From a virus (Duplodnaviria; Caudoviricetes), in IMG/VR virus record IMGVR_UViG_3300045303_000229, positions 1 through 59,229 of that record: a DNA stretch of 59,229 bases. The stretch is one strand, 5' to 3'. Below the pieces are notes generated by a model that searched no databases, was not told where the DNA came from, and saw only the letters and a list, made by a program, of their open reading frames with translations. Of this stretch, positions 38,064 to 50,832 are shown piece after piece. The stretch's first letter is position 1, and each line of letters opens with the position of its first letter. The position numbers and the translations under genes were made by a program.

Positions 38064-40311
38064 GTTGCTCCATCCATCAGGATCGACCGGATCGCTTCCC
38101 GCGCAGCATCGGACAACGGCGGTAGGTTGTGGTGCTGCCAAGACAGCAGCCCGCATCGTCGGCACCGGTCCCGTTCGTGCTCGTAGATCCGAGGCCCCTT
38201 CCAGCCCTTGGGCGCGGGGGGGATCGAGACCCATGGCGTGATGTCGGCTGGTTCTCCGTCGAGGCAGAACAGCCCGCTCATGGCTGCACCGGGTACGCCT
38301 CAGCGAACATCGACCCGGTCCGCTCTCGGATCTTGACGAGGTGCGCCTCTAGCCCGGCAATGACGTCTGGAAGGTCCGTGATGCCGAGGTCAGCCATCCC
38401 AACGGAGTCCTGCATGGCAACCTGCAACTCCGCAATGGCGACCGTGATCCTCGTGTCGATCGCGATCATCCGATGGAGGGAAGCTCTGGTCACCATGGCA
38501 GGTGCCTCGCTGCGACACCGAGCAGGTCGATCACCTCGTTCTCGAGCTCCATCTCGTCCTCTGCCACCTCGGAGCCCGAACATGCCAGGTCGATGGCCGT
38601 CCGTATGGCAGACCTGACGATCATCTTGCTCATGAGCGAAGCCCTGCGCTCGCAGACCTTCGCCATGATCCTGCTCGTCATCGAGTCCTTGTCGATCATC
38701 GCTTTCCCCTCGGCTCGTACGTGTTCGCCGCCGGAGGTACCGACAAGACGCCAGCGTGATCACCGTCGTGACCATCGTCCAGGTGGCACCATCCGGTCAA
38801 TTCGCCGCGCCGAACGCGCTCGCAGCACGGGGGTGGAGGGTGGACCTCGATCGCGTCAGACGACCCATGAGCAAACTCGGTGCGCAGAAAGTCATTCACT
38901 TGCCCTCCTTGAGCCGCTTGAACGCGATCGCATCCGACCGTTTCGCGAACACCGCCATCGGGTAGTCAACGACCTTGCCCAATTGGTCAAGGTTTTCGGT
39001 GTCGTAGACCGCCCAGTCCCAGTCGAGTAGGCGGTTCAACTCGCTGTAGAAGTCCTTAGCGATGCGGTACCTGCGCTTCACTTCCATCCTCGGATCTGGA
39101 CCTTGGCAGTTGCACGAAGCCGCTCAGCTAACAACTCCTGCCCCCTGTCCTCGGCCAAGACGACCTCGCGATGCATCGCATCCTGCATCCTCCTGACCTC
39201 CGCCCTGAGCGCATCCCGCTCCCCCATCACCGTGTCGACCATCCGGCGAGACGCGATGCTTAGGTGGTCGCCATCGGTGGAGATGGCGTGCTCGAGAGCG
39301 TCTAGGGTAGCGGACCATCCATCGAGCAATGCTCCGATGTCACATTCATCGTCCCATCGATCAGTTTCCGCGATCACCTTGCGTGCCTTAGCGATGTCAT
39401 CCGGCGTCATCGGTCGAGCCCTCTCGCATGCGCCAGCCGATCCAGCGCATCCATCCGCCTGGGCGATGTCATCTGGCGTCACGGGATCACCGCGCCTTTC
39501 ATGAGGATCTTCCACCCCTCTGCTGTCTCGCTCGGCGGCAGGTCGCTGTGATGAAGCGCAATCTGAAGCTGCTGGTACCTCCAGCGCTCGGCGTCGCTTG
39601 CATGCGTGGCGTTCCATTGCGCCAACTCGAAGTTGCTTCTGCTGTCACGCACCAGAACAGCCCTGCGCTCCAGCTCGTCCAGATCGATCTTCATGCTGTC
39701 CTCCTACGGTTTCCTGGCGCTCTCGCCGGTTGTCACGAAACCCTGCGGCGCCACGTACTCTCGCGCCTCGCTCTCGGTGTACATCTCCACGAGATGCTCA
39801 AGGTCGCATCGCGGAGCCCGCCTGTCAACAAGGATCTCGCGGATCAGTTCGCGGTCTCTCACAGGTCGCGCTCCATCGCGTCCTGCTCGTACCCATCGAG
39901 CTTGTCACGCAGGCGATCGAGCTCATCGAGCAGAACGCGCAGGTTTGTCCGCATCCACGCAACCCCAGCGGCATCCTCGCGGTCCGCCGTGTTCGCGATG
40001 CGGTTCGCGGGTAGCGTTCCGCCCAAGCCGCTCGAGTCAGGTACGCGCGACACGAACCGGGTCCGCCCGAACCACGGGCCTGGCGTCATCGCCTCGTCGT
40101 GCTTGTGGCCATCGGCGATCAGGCGCGCGATCGGGTCGGAGTTGCTTATGTCGCTGCCTTCGGTTGGGGTTGCTGGTCTCGTTTGCGCTTCACCTCGTCG
40201 ACTACCTCGATAAGATTCGCGTGAAACAACTCGCGGTGCTCGGTGTGCTCGTGCTTCAGGAATGCGTAGACCGCGTCCTGGATCTTCTCGGCCTGCTTGC
40301 TCATGTTGTCC

Positions 40312-41666
40312 TCACGACACATTGGTTGTAGCGCCGTCCCAGGACGCGAAGACGGTCCCGGTGCGCCCGTTGCTGTTCTTGAGCACGCACAGCTGGATCT
40401 CTCGTGCGTGCGCTTCCTCGCTCGGCGGCGAGCTCCTGCCGGACCAACTCGGATCCCAATCTACGCCCTTCTGAGGGCCACCGTAGGCCGCGCCACGGTA
40501 TACCCCGATCACGCACTTTGCTCGCTCCTCCAGCGACCCGCTCTCGCGCAGGTCTGCGAGCTGGGGCCGCTTGTCCTGTCGCTTCTCGATCTCTCGGTTC
40601 AACTGAGACATGACCACGTAGGCGATCCCGTCGTGCTTTGCCGCGTTCATGACCGTGGTCACGATCTCGGTCAAGGCCTCATGCGTGCTGAGCCGTGGCT
40701 TCGCGGCCGGGTGCTTTACCAGCTGCACGTAGTCGACGAACGCGACCCGGGTGTTGTTCTCCTTGGCGTGGCGGCGCACGCTCCGCACGATCTCGTCCGC
40801 CGTGATGCCACTACGGCCGTCTACGAGCCACTTGCGACCCTTGAGACTCACGTGTGAGCGCAGGATGCGCCGGCAGTCATCCGTGGTCAGCGTCGAGTTC
40901 CGCATCTTCTCCGCCGAGACCGAGGACGAGCGCGCGATGGTTCGGTCCGCATAGCTCTCCACTGTGTCCTCGAGCGAGAATAGGTGAGCGCCGTGACCCG
41001 ACTCAGAACAAGCATCGGCTCCAGCGAGCGCCACCGAAGACTTCCCGTGCGCCGGCCTACCCGCGATGATGGTCACGATCCCTGGCTGGTACCCTCCAGT
41101 CTTCTCGTCGAGCGCCGCAACGCCGGTGGGGAACCCGGTCATGGTCATCACGCCGCTCTCGCGGTCGCGGGCGATCCGCTCGAGTTGATTGAATCGCTTG
41201 CGGACCAGCGCGGAGATCGCGATCGTCGCATCCGGCTGGTCTTCGTCGATCTTCGACAGCGCGGCGCTTGCCATCGAGAGAAGCTCCGCACCATTCGTGT
41301 CCTCGCTGGTCTGGAGCAAGTCGGCAAGCACGATCCTGACGCGGCGACAGAGCGAGGCGTCGCGGACCTGGCGCACGTACTCGATCGCGTTCTCGACCGT
41401 GGGCACGTGAACCGCGAGCTCGCCAAGGTCGGCGAAGTCCACCGTGCTGCATCCACGATGAGCGATCTGCGCCTGCACCGTGACCACGTCGATCGGCCGG
41501 TTCTCGTGCTCTAGTTCGCGGATCGCCGCGAAGATCACTTGGTGCTTTCCGTGAAGGAAATCCATCACCTCCAGCCTCGGGAACTGCGCTAACGTGCCGT
41601 TATCCAACAGGATCGCCCCCAAAATCGAGGCCTCTAAAGAGTATAGTGCATCGCGATTATCTGTGG

Positions 41667-41670
<4 letters not shown>
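40312..41670 (-). CDS. dnaB: Replicative DNA helicase
   Basis: E.SILGAIL N-domain, GRPAHGKS, FSLE, VDYVQL, SQLNR and RP.LADLRESGSLEE. Confidence 0.95.
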
Positions 41671-42583
<913 letters not shown>

Positions 42584-42584
<1 letters not shown>

Positions 42585-43231
42585 CAGCGCTTGCCCCGCT
42601 CCATCGCCTGGTCTGCGATCCATCGCTGCACGTCATCCGCGACCTGCAGATACGTCGAGCTCGGCGACATGTCGATCTCCTGGCCCGGCTGGTACGCGGC
42701 CCAGATTCGATCGCGCAGCACCTTCGGAAGCCGGCGCCAGTGTTCCAGGCATCCCCACATCGCGGGCGGCACCGTCTTGGTGCACCCAGTCCAGTGGCAG
42801 TGATGTGCCCGGGTCGGCGCCTTGCGGGACTCGCGCGCCACGTGCCGGCGCTTGGCCGACAGGCTCGTTACGGGCTCATGTTTGGCGGCGACCTTCGCGA
42901 GGCGCTCCTGCGCTGATGGCGGTGCAGGCTCTCCAGGGTCCCGAGTCGAGATCATCAGCATGAAATTGCGCAGTGTCTCTCTGTCACCGGTGTTCTCGCA
43001 GGTTCGTAGCAGCGCCACGTTCTCGGCGCTCAGTTCGGCGGTTTCGCCGCGTAGCCATGCCACCGAGCACCGGTAGAGCGCTGCCAGCGCACGGAGGTCG
43101 TCATCGGTAGGAGGCGCCCCTGCGCCGATTTCCATCGCATGGAGCGGACCATTCGCCCATCCGAGGAGCTTTGCGGCTTGAGCGAGCGACAGTCCTGCGC
43201 CTTCGCGCGTCGACTTGAGCCTGCTGATCAC
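42584..43231 (-). CDS. XRE HTH domain fused to a Cys/His zinc-binding domain
   Basis: RLKSTREGAGLSLAQAAKLLG...E.G and C-terminal HHCHWTGC......MWGC..HW..LP..LR. Confidence 0.75.
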
Positions 43232-43624
43232 CTGGCACGCTCCATCGCCGCTACGTGCCGGGCTCCGCCGTTGCGGGCTGACCGCTCCGGCTTAGCGGTG
43301 ACCTTGGTTAGCCACCAAGGACCGATGCGACCACACGAACACCGCCACCGGTAGCTGAGACCGTGTGCAGCGCACGAACGATCTACTTGCTTGGTGTCGA
43401 TCTCAACCGCGTGCGCCCGCATCAGCCCCTCGTCGTTGGCTTGGGTGGGATCCTTCCGCCGGCATCGCGCTCGGGTCGGACATTGACTGGACGTGATCGA
43501 GCGATCTTCGCCTTGTGCTCTCGAACCCATCCGTTTGCTGCCCGGTATCCGGTAGACCCGCACGAGCATTCGTAGCGCCCGAATAAACCTTCGATGGGCG
43601 TCCATCGATGAAAGTGGTTCGACA

Positions 43625-43789
43625 TCAGCCGGCCTTCCGTGCCGTGACGACCTCGCGACCTGCCATGCGAAGGCGGATCAACGTCGAGATCGTGATACCT
43701 CGCTCCTCCGCCTCATCGGACCACGTGCGGTACAACTGGTCAGGCAAGCGCAGCGTGATCTGCTTGCCATGCCCTGTTTTCTTCGTCAT
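43625..43789 (-). CDS. Ribbon-helix-helix regulator
   Basis: KQITLRLPDQLY....EAEERGITISTLIR, with TTGACA upstream (43820-43825). Confidence 0.8.
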   Translation of the reverse strand: MTKKTGHGKQITLRLPDQLYRTWSDEAEERGITISTLIRLRMAGREVVTARKAG

Positions 43790-45256
43790 CCACGATGTGT
43801 TGCACGGATATGGTTTGCATGTCAAGCCCTAGCGCGCCGACGTCACAGATCTCCTCATGTAACCGGACCTACGCTCACCGCTAGATTGCTCTGACACGTC
43901 ACACTTGGTGCCAACGTGGATCAGGAGGCCGTTGGCCTCGCACCACCGCAGCGCTCGCCACAGCCTGCGTTCGCCGATGCTCCCCCAGTCGGATAGGACG
44001 CGCGCAAACAACTCTCCAGCACCAGCTGGTCGACGCGTCGGTGCAGCCATGGCGAGGCTTTCGCGGATCGCGTGCGTCTCAGAATTGCGTGCCATACGTC
44101 TCCTACTCATGGAACCCATCTCGTCACCTCGAACCATGGTGAGGTGAGGCGCGGCAGCCTAGGGAGAGAGAACTCGAACGTTTGCGATCGCTCTCCGTCC
44201 TCGTCGTCCGGGCCGCGAACTGACCGACCATATCCGTGGAGTATGATCGCGTGATCGGGCAGCTTGACCGCGGGAAGGTGGTCAGCCTCGCACCTAAACC
44301 AGTGATCAAGCGCGGCGCGAAACTCCGCGTGCGTGACGTGTCCGGCAACGTAGTACGCATCGACCGTTCCATCCCATACTAGCGGCAGGACTTCGCCGTG
44401 AGTGAGCTTGCGTGGCCTCATGGCATCCGGTCCTTGCCGAGCGCAAATGACAGGGTCAGCGCCCCAGCCATCGCGATGTTGCGCAAGAGGATCTCGAGGT
44501 CGAGAACCTCCATCACCGTTCCGGTCTCGCAGCAATCTAGGCACCGCTCAGCGCCTAGGGTTGTGATGAAGCCGCCGGTACCGTCGCAGGCCTCGCACTC
44601 GCAGTCGAACCCGAGCACGTTGTCAGCAATCAACACCACCCCGCGCTCGCTCAATTGAACCCCCGGTGCGAGTCGCGAGCCTCGCTGCGGATAATCGCGA
44701 TGTCGCAGCCCGCCGCCCGCCGCCCACGCGCCATAGCGGCGTGGATCGCATTGAGCATCTGCTCCCTGGCCATGGCCTTGCCGCGCCACATGCCGATCAG
44801 GTACGCGTTCACGGCCACGATTGCACAACATCCGAGGGCTCCGAGGATGCTCATAACCCCTCAAGCATGCCGCGCCAGTAGCGGACCTCAGCGATTCGAG
44901 GAGTCTCTTTGTCCGGATCGCTGCTAGCGAGCAGACGATCGATGGCGTCGATCAACTCTAACATCACCTGCGCCCGAAACGCCTCGCGCTTGAGGTCGGC
45001 TCTGGTCATGGCTCCCACCCCGTTCGGATCAAAGCCTCGGCCTCAGCGTATATCTTAGCGCGAAGCACGGTAACATCAATACAAAACTCACTTGAAACAT
45101 CAAGAGCTGCTCTCTGCCAGGCCAGACAGGCCAGATCAAGCGAGTTACTGCTGTGGCCGAGATCCTCCCCCGCGGCAACGGTGTTCATGCAGAGGAAATT
45201 GCTCGAGCAGATCGCGCACTGCAGCGCAGCCTGCTCGCGGTCTCGCTTCGAGTACT

Positions 45257-45475
45257 TCATCGCGGCCCCCTGAGGAACACGTCCATCGACGGCGCGAACA
45301 GTTTGGCGATGCGATCTTGTGTCTTTGGCGAGGGCATTCTCGTGCCGGTCTCCCATAGCGAGACCGCCTGGCGGGTGCACCGCACCTTATCCGCTACCCA
45401 TTGCAAGGGAACATCTTTGCATTCTCGCCACTCGCGCAAGGCTGGAGCGAACTTGTTGTCCGGTGACTGTTTCAT
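45257..45475 (-). CDS. Cro/XRE-family HTH regulator
   Basis: LREWRE...LQWVADKV.CTRQAVSLWETG.RMP. Confidence 0.85.
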   Translation of the reverse strand: MKQSPDNKFAPALREWRECKDVPLQWVADKVRCTRQAVSLWETGTRMPSPKTQDRIAKLFAPSMDVFLRGPR

Positions 45476-45481
45476 CCTGAC

Positions 45482-45547
45482 ACCTTACGCGACCGGAACG
45501 AACAGTCAACAGAAAGTGTTGACGAGATGGCGAGGACGCGGTATCGA
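45482..45547. promoter_or_regulatory. Back-to-back divergent sigma70 promoters with a palindromic operator
   Basis: Left TTGACT-16-TAAGGT and right TTGACG-17-TATCGA. Palindrome gtcaaca-gaaag-tgttgac at 45505-45523. Confidence 0.7.
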
Positions 45548-45552
45548 GGAGC

Positions 45553-45720
45553 ATGGCGAAAGCAGCAACGACATCATCCAAGGGCAAGTACGTTTCGATG
45601 CAACTGGTCTCGTGCCCAAAGCGTGGGCCGACATGGGCCAACCCCAAGCGCCCGAAGAACGGCGCACAGGACTACCGGTGCACGGCATGCGGTCAGGATG
45701 GGCACGCGGTGATCCGGTGA
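45553..45720 (+). CDS. 55-aa zinc-finger-like microprotein (not in ORF track)
   Basis: MAKAATTSSKGKYVSMQLVSCPKRGPTW...YRCTACGQDGHAVIR, ending 1 nt before the exonuclease gene. Confidence 0.6.
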   Translation: MAKAATTSSKGKYVSMQLVSCPKRGPTWANPKRPKNGAQDYRCTACGQDGHAVIR

Positions 45721-45721
45721 A

Positions 45722-46672
45722 ATGGTGAGCGACCTACCACCCGCGCGTCTACTAGAGGTAACGCCTTCCGAGTACCATCGCCTTCCGGGGTTCTCTGCCT
45801 CGCTCGCGAAGATCCTGATCGGTAGGTCCGCGGCGCACGCCGTCGATGCTCATGCGCGCCGGATCGAGCAGATTGCCGCCGAGGACGAGTCGGATGGCGA
45901 GGAGGACGACAAGGTCAAGGAACAGAAGCAGACGCAACTCGATCGCGGCAACATCCTGCACGCGCTCGTGCTCGGAAAGGGAGGTGAACGCATCGAGATC
46001 ATCCCGACCGATCTCCTGTCCGGAAAGAACCTGTCGTATTCGTCGGCTGCAGCCAAGGATGCCCGGGATGCCGCCCGTAAGGCTGGCAAGATCCCGGTCA
46101 AGGAACCCAAGATGGCCGGTTACCTTGCGACGGCTGGGGCCATCAAGGAGCGGATCTCCAGCGCCGGACACGTGCTGGATGGACAATCCGAGTTCGCCGT
46201 CGAATGGCATGAGGCGACGCCACATAGACCGGTCCGGTGCAAGGGGATGATGGACCATGTTGACTTGGAGGTGTTTGGTGGACTGTACCCGGGTGCGGTG
46301 ATCTACGATCTGAAGATCGTGGCCGACGCTCACCCAGAGCGCTGCATGCGTAACGCCGAGGGGTTCGGGTACGCGCTGCAGGCCGCTGCGTACACGCGAG
46401 CTCTTGGCGCCCTGTTCCCAAAGCTGCGTGGCCGGATCGATTTCCGTCTTCTGTTCGTTGAGCCTTACCGCCCGTATGCGATGTGGGACCCCGAGCGCAT
46501 GAGCGGCGCGTTCCGCGAGTTGGGCGAGCGCCGCTGGCTTCGCGCCGTGCATACGTGGGCGGAGATCCAGGCGACCGGAAAGACGCAGACCTACCGCGAG
46601 ATGGGTCACGACGAGATCACGGCACCGATGTGGACATTGCGTAACGAAGGATTTACCCCGGAGGACATGTGA
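45722..46672 (+). CDS. RecE/exonuclease VIII-like PD-(D/E)xK nuclease (DUF3799-like)
   Basis: EYH...FSAS.AK, G...HALVL, CKGMMD, IYDLK and GYALQAAAY. Confidence 0.85.
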   Translation: MVSDLPPARLLEVTPSEYHRLPGFSASLAKILIGRSAAHAVDAHARRIEQIAAEDESDGEEDDKVKEQKQTQLDRGNILHALVLGKGGERIEIIPTDLLSGKNLSYSSAAAKDARDAARKAGKIPVKEPKMAGYLATAGAIKERISSAGHVLDGQSEFAVEWHEATPHRPVRCKGMMDHVDLEVFGGLYPGAVIYDLKIVADAHPERCMRNAEGFGYALQAAAYTRALGALFPKLRGRIDFRLLFVEPYRPYAMWDPERMSGAFRELGERRWLRAVHTWAEIQATGKTQTYREMGHDEITAPMWTLRNEGFTPEDM

Positions 46673-46950
46673 GCGAACCGAGGACGTCGAAAGAAGCGAT
46701 ATACGATTCAGAGATTCATCCGATGATGAGCAATATCATCAGACTGTGCAAAGAGCACAAGATCAACATGGTGGCTGATTTTTCGCTCGGCTACGACGTG
46801 AACGCTGAACAGGCGCTATTTTGCACGACTGCACTACCGAATGTCGACAAGGATGACGAAGAGGGAGTAGCTCGGATGATGCGTGCGTATCATGCGCTCA
46901 AACCACAACCGAGCCTGATGACTTTCACCATCACATCGAGCAAGCGATGA
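46669..46950 (+). CDS. Hypothetical protein
   Basis: KEAIYDSEIHPMM..II.LCKEH.I, overlapping both neighbours. Confidence 0.7.
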   Translation: MSEPRTSKEAIYDSEIHPMMSNIIRLCKEHKINMVADFSLGYDVNAEQALFCTTALPNVDKDDEEGVARMMRAYHALKPQPSLMTFTITSSKR

Positions 46951-47978
46951 CCCGCACTTTCGAGAGTGGACCGGCTAAACGAGAACGCACCCCGCTGATG
47001 ATCGCGATCGTTGCCCCAAGTGGCGCCGGCAAGACTAACTCTGCCCTCCGCCTAGCTGCCGGGTTCTCTCGCGTTACGCCAGGCGAGACCGTGGTGATCG
47101 ACACCGAGGCCAAGCGCGCCCTCCACTACGCTGGCGAGCACAAGTTCATCCATCTGGACTTCCCTCCACCGCATGGTCCACTCGACTACATCGAGGCCGG
47201 CAAGGCTGCGATGAAGCATAGCCCAACGACGGTCATCATCGACCAATGCTCGTCCGAATGGGAAGGTATGGGAGGTGTCATCGAGATGCACGGCTCTGAT
47301 CTGGACCGGATGGCAGGCGACGACTGGAAGAAACGCGAGCGCTGTACGATGGCGGCGTGGATCCGTCCGAAGGCCGAGCACAACAAGTTCAAGCAGTTCA
47401 TGATCCAGCAGCGGGTGAACTGGATCTTGCTGTTCCGCGCCAAGGAGAAGATCAAGCCCCAGAAAGGGGGCGAGCCGCTCGATCTCGGATGGCAACCGTT
47501 GGGCGGCGAGGATCTCTTCTACGAGTGCATCCTGCGCTGCCTTCTGCTGCCCGGTGCCGATGGCAAGCCGACGTGGCAGAGCGATAAGATGGGGGAGCGC
47601 GAAATCATGCGACTTCCTGCTTGGTTCCGCGACGTGTTCGCCAAGCCTCGCCAGCTAGACGAGGATATCGGCGAGCAGCTCGCGCGCTGGGCCGCGGGCG
47701 GTGACGCCGGCCAGCCAGCCACATCGCCATCCAACCGGTCAACGTCACAATCGACGACCAATCCGCATCCGCTGGTGGTGCGCTACGACGAATGCGCAGA
47801 CCGCGCGACGTGGGATGCACTGGAAGTGGAGCGTGGGAAGATCTGGAAGGCAGCCAAGGGAGATGACAAAATCGCGCTCAAGGCTGCGAGCGATGCGGCC
47901 CTGGCTCGAATTGACGCTGCCGATGACGAGTCCTGGAAGGCTGAGGCCCTGGCCCGTGAGGCGAAAGAGAACCGATGA
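46947..47978 (+). CDS. Sak4-like (AAA_24) recombination ATPase
   Basis: APSGAGKT, VIDTE and IIDQ.S.EW, next to a RecE-like nuclease. Confidence 0.85.
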   Translation: MTRTFESGPAKRERTPLMIAIVAPSGAGKTNSALRLAAGFSRVTPGETVVIDTEAKRALHYAGEHKFIHLDFPPPHGPLDYIEAGKAAMKHSPTTVIIDQCSSEWEGMGGVIEMHGSDLDRMAGDDWKKRERCTMAAWIRPKAEHNKFKQFMIQQRVNWILLFRAKEKIKPQKGGEPLDLGWQPLGGEDLFYECILRCLLLPGADGKPTWQSDKMGEREIMRLPAWFRDVFAKPRQLDEDIGEQLARWAAGGDAGQPATSPSNRSTSQSTTNPHPLVVRYDECADRATWDALEVERGKIWKAAKGDDKIALKAASDAALARIDAADDESWKAEALAREAKENR

Positions 47979-48355
47979 GCGACGACGAGACCAAGACGAT
48001 CCTCGCTGAGGCCCTCGACGTCTCTCGGGAGAACAATGATCACCTGAGACATGAGGTGGCCCGACTGAGAACCGTGATGCTAGCTGCCCGCGCGTACATG
48101 GACTGCTATGATCGCCAGACAATTCATGGCGATGCCTATCTGCGCGAATTAGCGGACCAGCGCGCCCACCTGCGTTACGCTCTGAACGAGGTTGGTCCAT
48201 GAGTCGTCGGGTGAAGCGCTCGAAGATCGAGGCTGCGGCAATCGCATGGTTCGATGAGTTGCGCCCGGTCGGAATGACTAGGCGAGAGCATCTCGAGGAT
48301 CCAGTGGTGAACTCCCATCGGTCAACGCAGATACGACTTGCCAAGGCAGTGGCGC

Positions 48356-49096
48356 TTATGCTGAGTCAGGAGGCCCAGCAAGCGCGCGCAAAGCGTCGAG
48401 CCCGCCAGGCAGGATCACGGCGTTGATGTCGACGCGGCCGATCCCCGGGGCCTCGCGCGGGTAGCCAGCTGGTCCGGTCGGCGCACCTTCCGCGCTGACG
48501 TATTGCCACAGCATGGCGTGCTCCAGGTCGGTGCCGGTTCGGGCAAGGAACTGTGCAGTGCTCTCGCCCTTGCCGTGGAGCTCGCTGGCGTAGAGCGCTA
48601 CGGCCGAGCGACATCCGCCCATCTCTTCGCGCTTACACCCGAGCGCTCGCAGGAGTTCCCCGCCATAGATGGTGGGGCTCCTGCCCGACAGCTTTGTGTA
48701 CCGGTCGCAGAACTTCCTAGTGATACCAGTTACCTGGTTCTTGGTTGGGTTGGCGACGCGCTGCCCGCCGCGCTCAACGTCAGCCATCGCCGGAAGCGTA
48801 CCCGAGCGCTCTCCACCAATCTTCTCGAGGTAGGTCCAGAACCGCTCGGCCTGGACCTCGCCAGGTTGATGGAAGGTCAGGTAGTGATAGAACCCGTCGA
48901 ACAGATCGACGCCGTAGCGCTCGCTGGCTAGCAGGTGATCGCGCTGCTTATTGGCCCATGCCGAGTACTCGTAGTCTAGCCCTTGAGTGAGCTTGAAAAT
49001 GGCCCCACAGAACGGATAGCCAGCACCGATGTACGCGTCCCAGTTGACCGGGTGATCCTTCGGGTAGATATCGATCAGGAGCGGGTCAAGAGACAT
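48356..49096 (-). CDS. Endolysin, glycoside hydrolase family 25 (muramidase)
   Basis: LIDI, FKLTQG, GFYHY, DVE catalytic motif, LWQY and VDIN. Confidence 0.88.
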   Translation of the reverse strand: MSLDPLLIDIYPKDHPVNWDAYIGAGYPFCGAIFKLTQGLDYEYSAWANKQRDHLLASERYGVDLFDGFYHYLTFHQPGEVQAERFWTYLEKIGGERSGTLPAMADVERGGQRVANPTKNQVTGITRKFCDRYTKLSGRSPTIYGGELLRALGCKREEMGGCRSAVALYASELHGKGESTAQFLARTGTDLEHAMLWQYVSAEGAPTGPAGYPREAPGIGRVDINAVILPGGLDALRALAGPPDSA

Positions 49097-49886
49097 GGCG
49101 ACCGTGCTCCTCGATGCCGCATTGGATCCGGTCGATCATGATCGCATTTGCCCGGTCCCGTGGCACGCCGAACGAGAGCAACTCGTCGAACTGAGCACGA
49201 AGCTGGTCGATCTCCGACATGGCGGGTCCCAGGCATGGATCGCACATGAAGACCTCGCCCTCGATCTTGCCGGTAAACTCGACCACGTGGTCGGTCTCGG
49301 CGCCGCACTTCAGGCACGGCGCGCTCACCGGCCGGTCCTCATCTCCAGGATCTCGGCTTCGAGAACGGAGATGCGAGATTCGAGACCGAGCGCAGTCCTG
49401 CGCGCTACGTTGCCCTCCGCCTCGAGCACCACAATCCGAGCAGCGTCGACGGCGCGGGTGCGTTCGAGGTCGGCGATGCGGTATTCGAAGTCTCGTAGGG
49501 TCACGCGAACGAGGTCACCATCCGGCTCAGGAGAAGCCGGCACCCAATCGTGACCCCGTCTGAGCTGACAGTACAGGCAGCCCATCTCGAGGGACCCATG
49601 CTCGCACCGGCTGGCTGGATCGACGTTCATTCGCTCACCGTTGGGATCGGGTCTCTGGTCGCCAGCTCTGCAGCCGCTGCGGCATCATCCGCCGCCTCAC
49701 CCGAGGTCAGCTTCGCGAGACGATCCATCACGTTCTCGTGGGTGTCGCCGCTCGCCAAGGTTGCCAGGCCGGCGCGCAGGACCGCGACCACCTCGGCCGC
49801 GGGGAGACTCAGCGAGCCGACGACCTGTTGCAGAATCCCGATGAACGCGTCGTACTTCTCGACCTTCTCGGCCAATTCTTGGATGT

Positions 49887-50147
49887 TCATTTCGCCACCA
49901 TCGCCCGAACAGCGGCATCCTTGGCCTCGAGCAGCTTGCGCAACGCTACGGAGCGCTCCGGGTTTCTCGGTAGCGGGAATTGAATCGATTGCCCGGTCAG
50001 CGAGATACTATCCATGCCAACGATGAGACCGGCGAGATCGCAGAACGGCTTGCTGACCGCCTGTAGGTTCGCCGGCAGATGCTCATAGGCGAAGAACTGC
50101 ATGATGTGTTCGATTGGTGTCGGTGTGGAATCCAGGTCGTTGTTCAT
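49887..50147 (-). CDS. Conserved small phage helical-hairpin protein (possible Acb2/Tad1-like sponge)
   Basis: FFAYEHLP..LQ.VSKPF...LP.NPERSVALRKLLEAKDAAVRA. Confidence 0.6.
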   Translation of the reverse strand: MNNDLDSTPTPIEHIMQFFAYEHLPANLQAVSKPFCDLAGLIVGMDSISLTGQSIQFPLPRNPERSVALRKLLEAKDAAVRAMVAK

Positions 50148-50506
50148 GGCTTCTCCGGGGTCGACTTGAGAGCTTCATATGCGGCGTAGACCTGAGCGAT
50201 CGCGCTCTGCACGCCATCAAGGCTGGGCTGGTCGTTGAGGGTCTGGGCGATGGCGATGGCCCTGTAGGCCGCCGCGAACGCCTTGTCCACGGTCGCCGCG
50301 CGGAGCAGCTGGTACGCGGTGACCGCGTTGCTGGCCGTCAGCTTGTCGGGCCCGCTGCGGGCGAGCTCGAGTTGATGGGGCCCGTCATAGGCCAGAAACC
50401 CATCGCGAGCGGCATCGACCGTGACCAGCGCCGCCTTGAGCGTGTCGGTCCGTTGCGAGGACGCACAGCCGCTGAGGATGGCGATGGCGATGATCAGGCT
50501 ACGCAT
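50144..50506 (-). CDS. Lipoprotein in lysis cluster (spanin-like)
   Basis: Lipobox LSGC, helical mature part, located between the holin-like gene and the endolysin. Confidence 0.6.
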   Translation of the reverse strand: MRSLIIAIAILSGCASSQRTDTLKAALVTVDAARDGFLAYDGPHQLELARSGPDKLTASNAVTAYQLLRAATVDKAFAAAYRAIAIAQTLNDQPSLDGVQSAIAQVYAAYEALKSTPEKP

Positions 50507-50732
50507 TGTTCTTCACCATCGTCCGGCTGACCTTGTAGCCCAGCGTGGTCAGCGCGGTTGCGGCGATCCCGGCGATCGCGAGCGCAGTGGTGTTGGTGAG
50601 CGCGCCGGATGCGTAGACAGCGGAGAGCGCCACGGCACCGAGGCTGAACCAGAACTCGGAGGTCTTCCATCCGGGCTTAACTGGTGCGGGCGGCGGCGGA
50701 ACTGGCTGGGTAGGGGACGGGTCTTCGGTCAT
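50499..50732 (-). CDS. Holin-like two-TM protein
   Basis: KPGWKTSEFW motif, two hydrophobic helices and a basic C-terminus. Confidence 0.7.
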   Translation of the reverse strand: MTEDPSPTQPVPPPPAPVKPGWKTSEFWFSLGAVALSAVYASGALTNTTALAIAGIAATALTTLGYKVSRTMVKNNA

Positions 50733-50832
50733 CGGATCTCCTGGTTAGAATCGCGCCACGGCCATGCCGAGCGCATGCAGCAACCACAGTACCCCAAACA
50801 GAACAAGCCCTAGGAAGAGAAAACGCAGCGGA

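Noticed and set aside
46947-47978. ATPase as the sigma54 enhancer-binding protein
   Set aside because: It lacks GAFTGA and a C-terminal HTH. Motifs and context match Sak4/AAA_24 recombinases.
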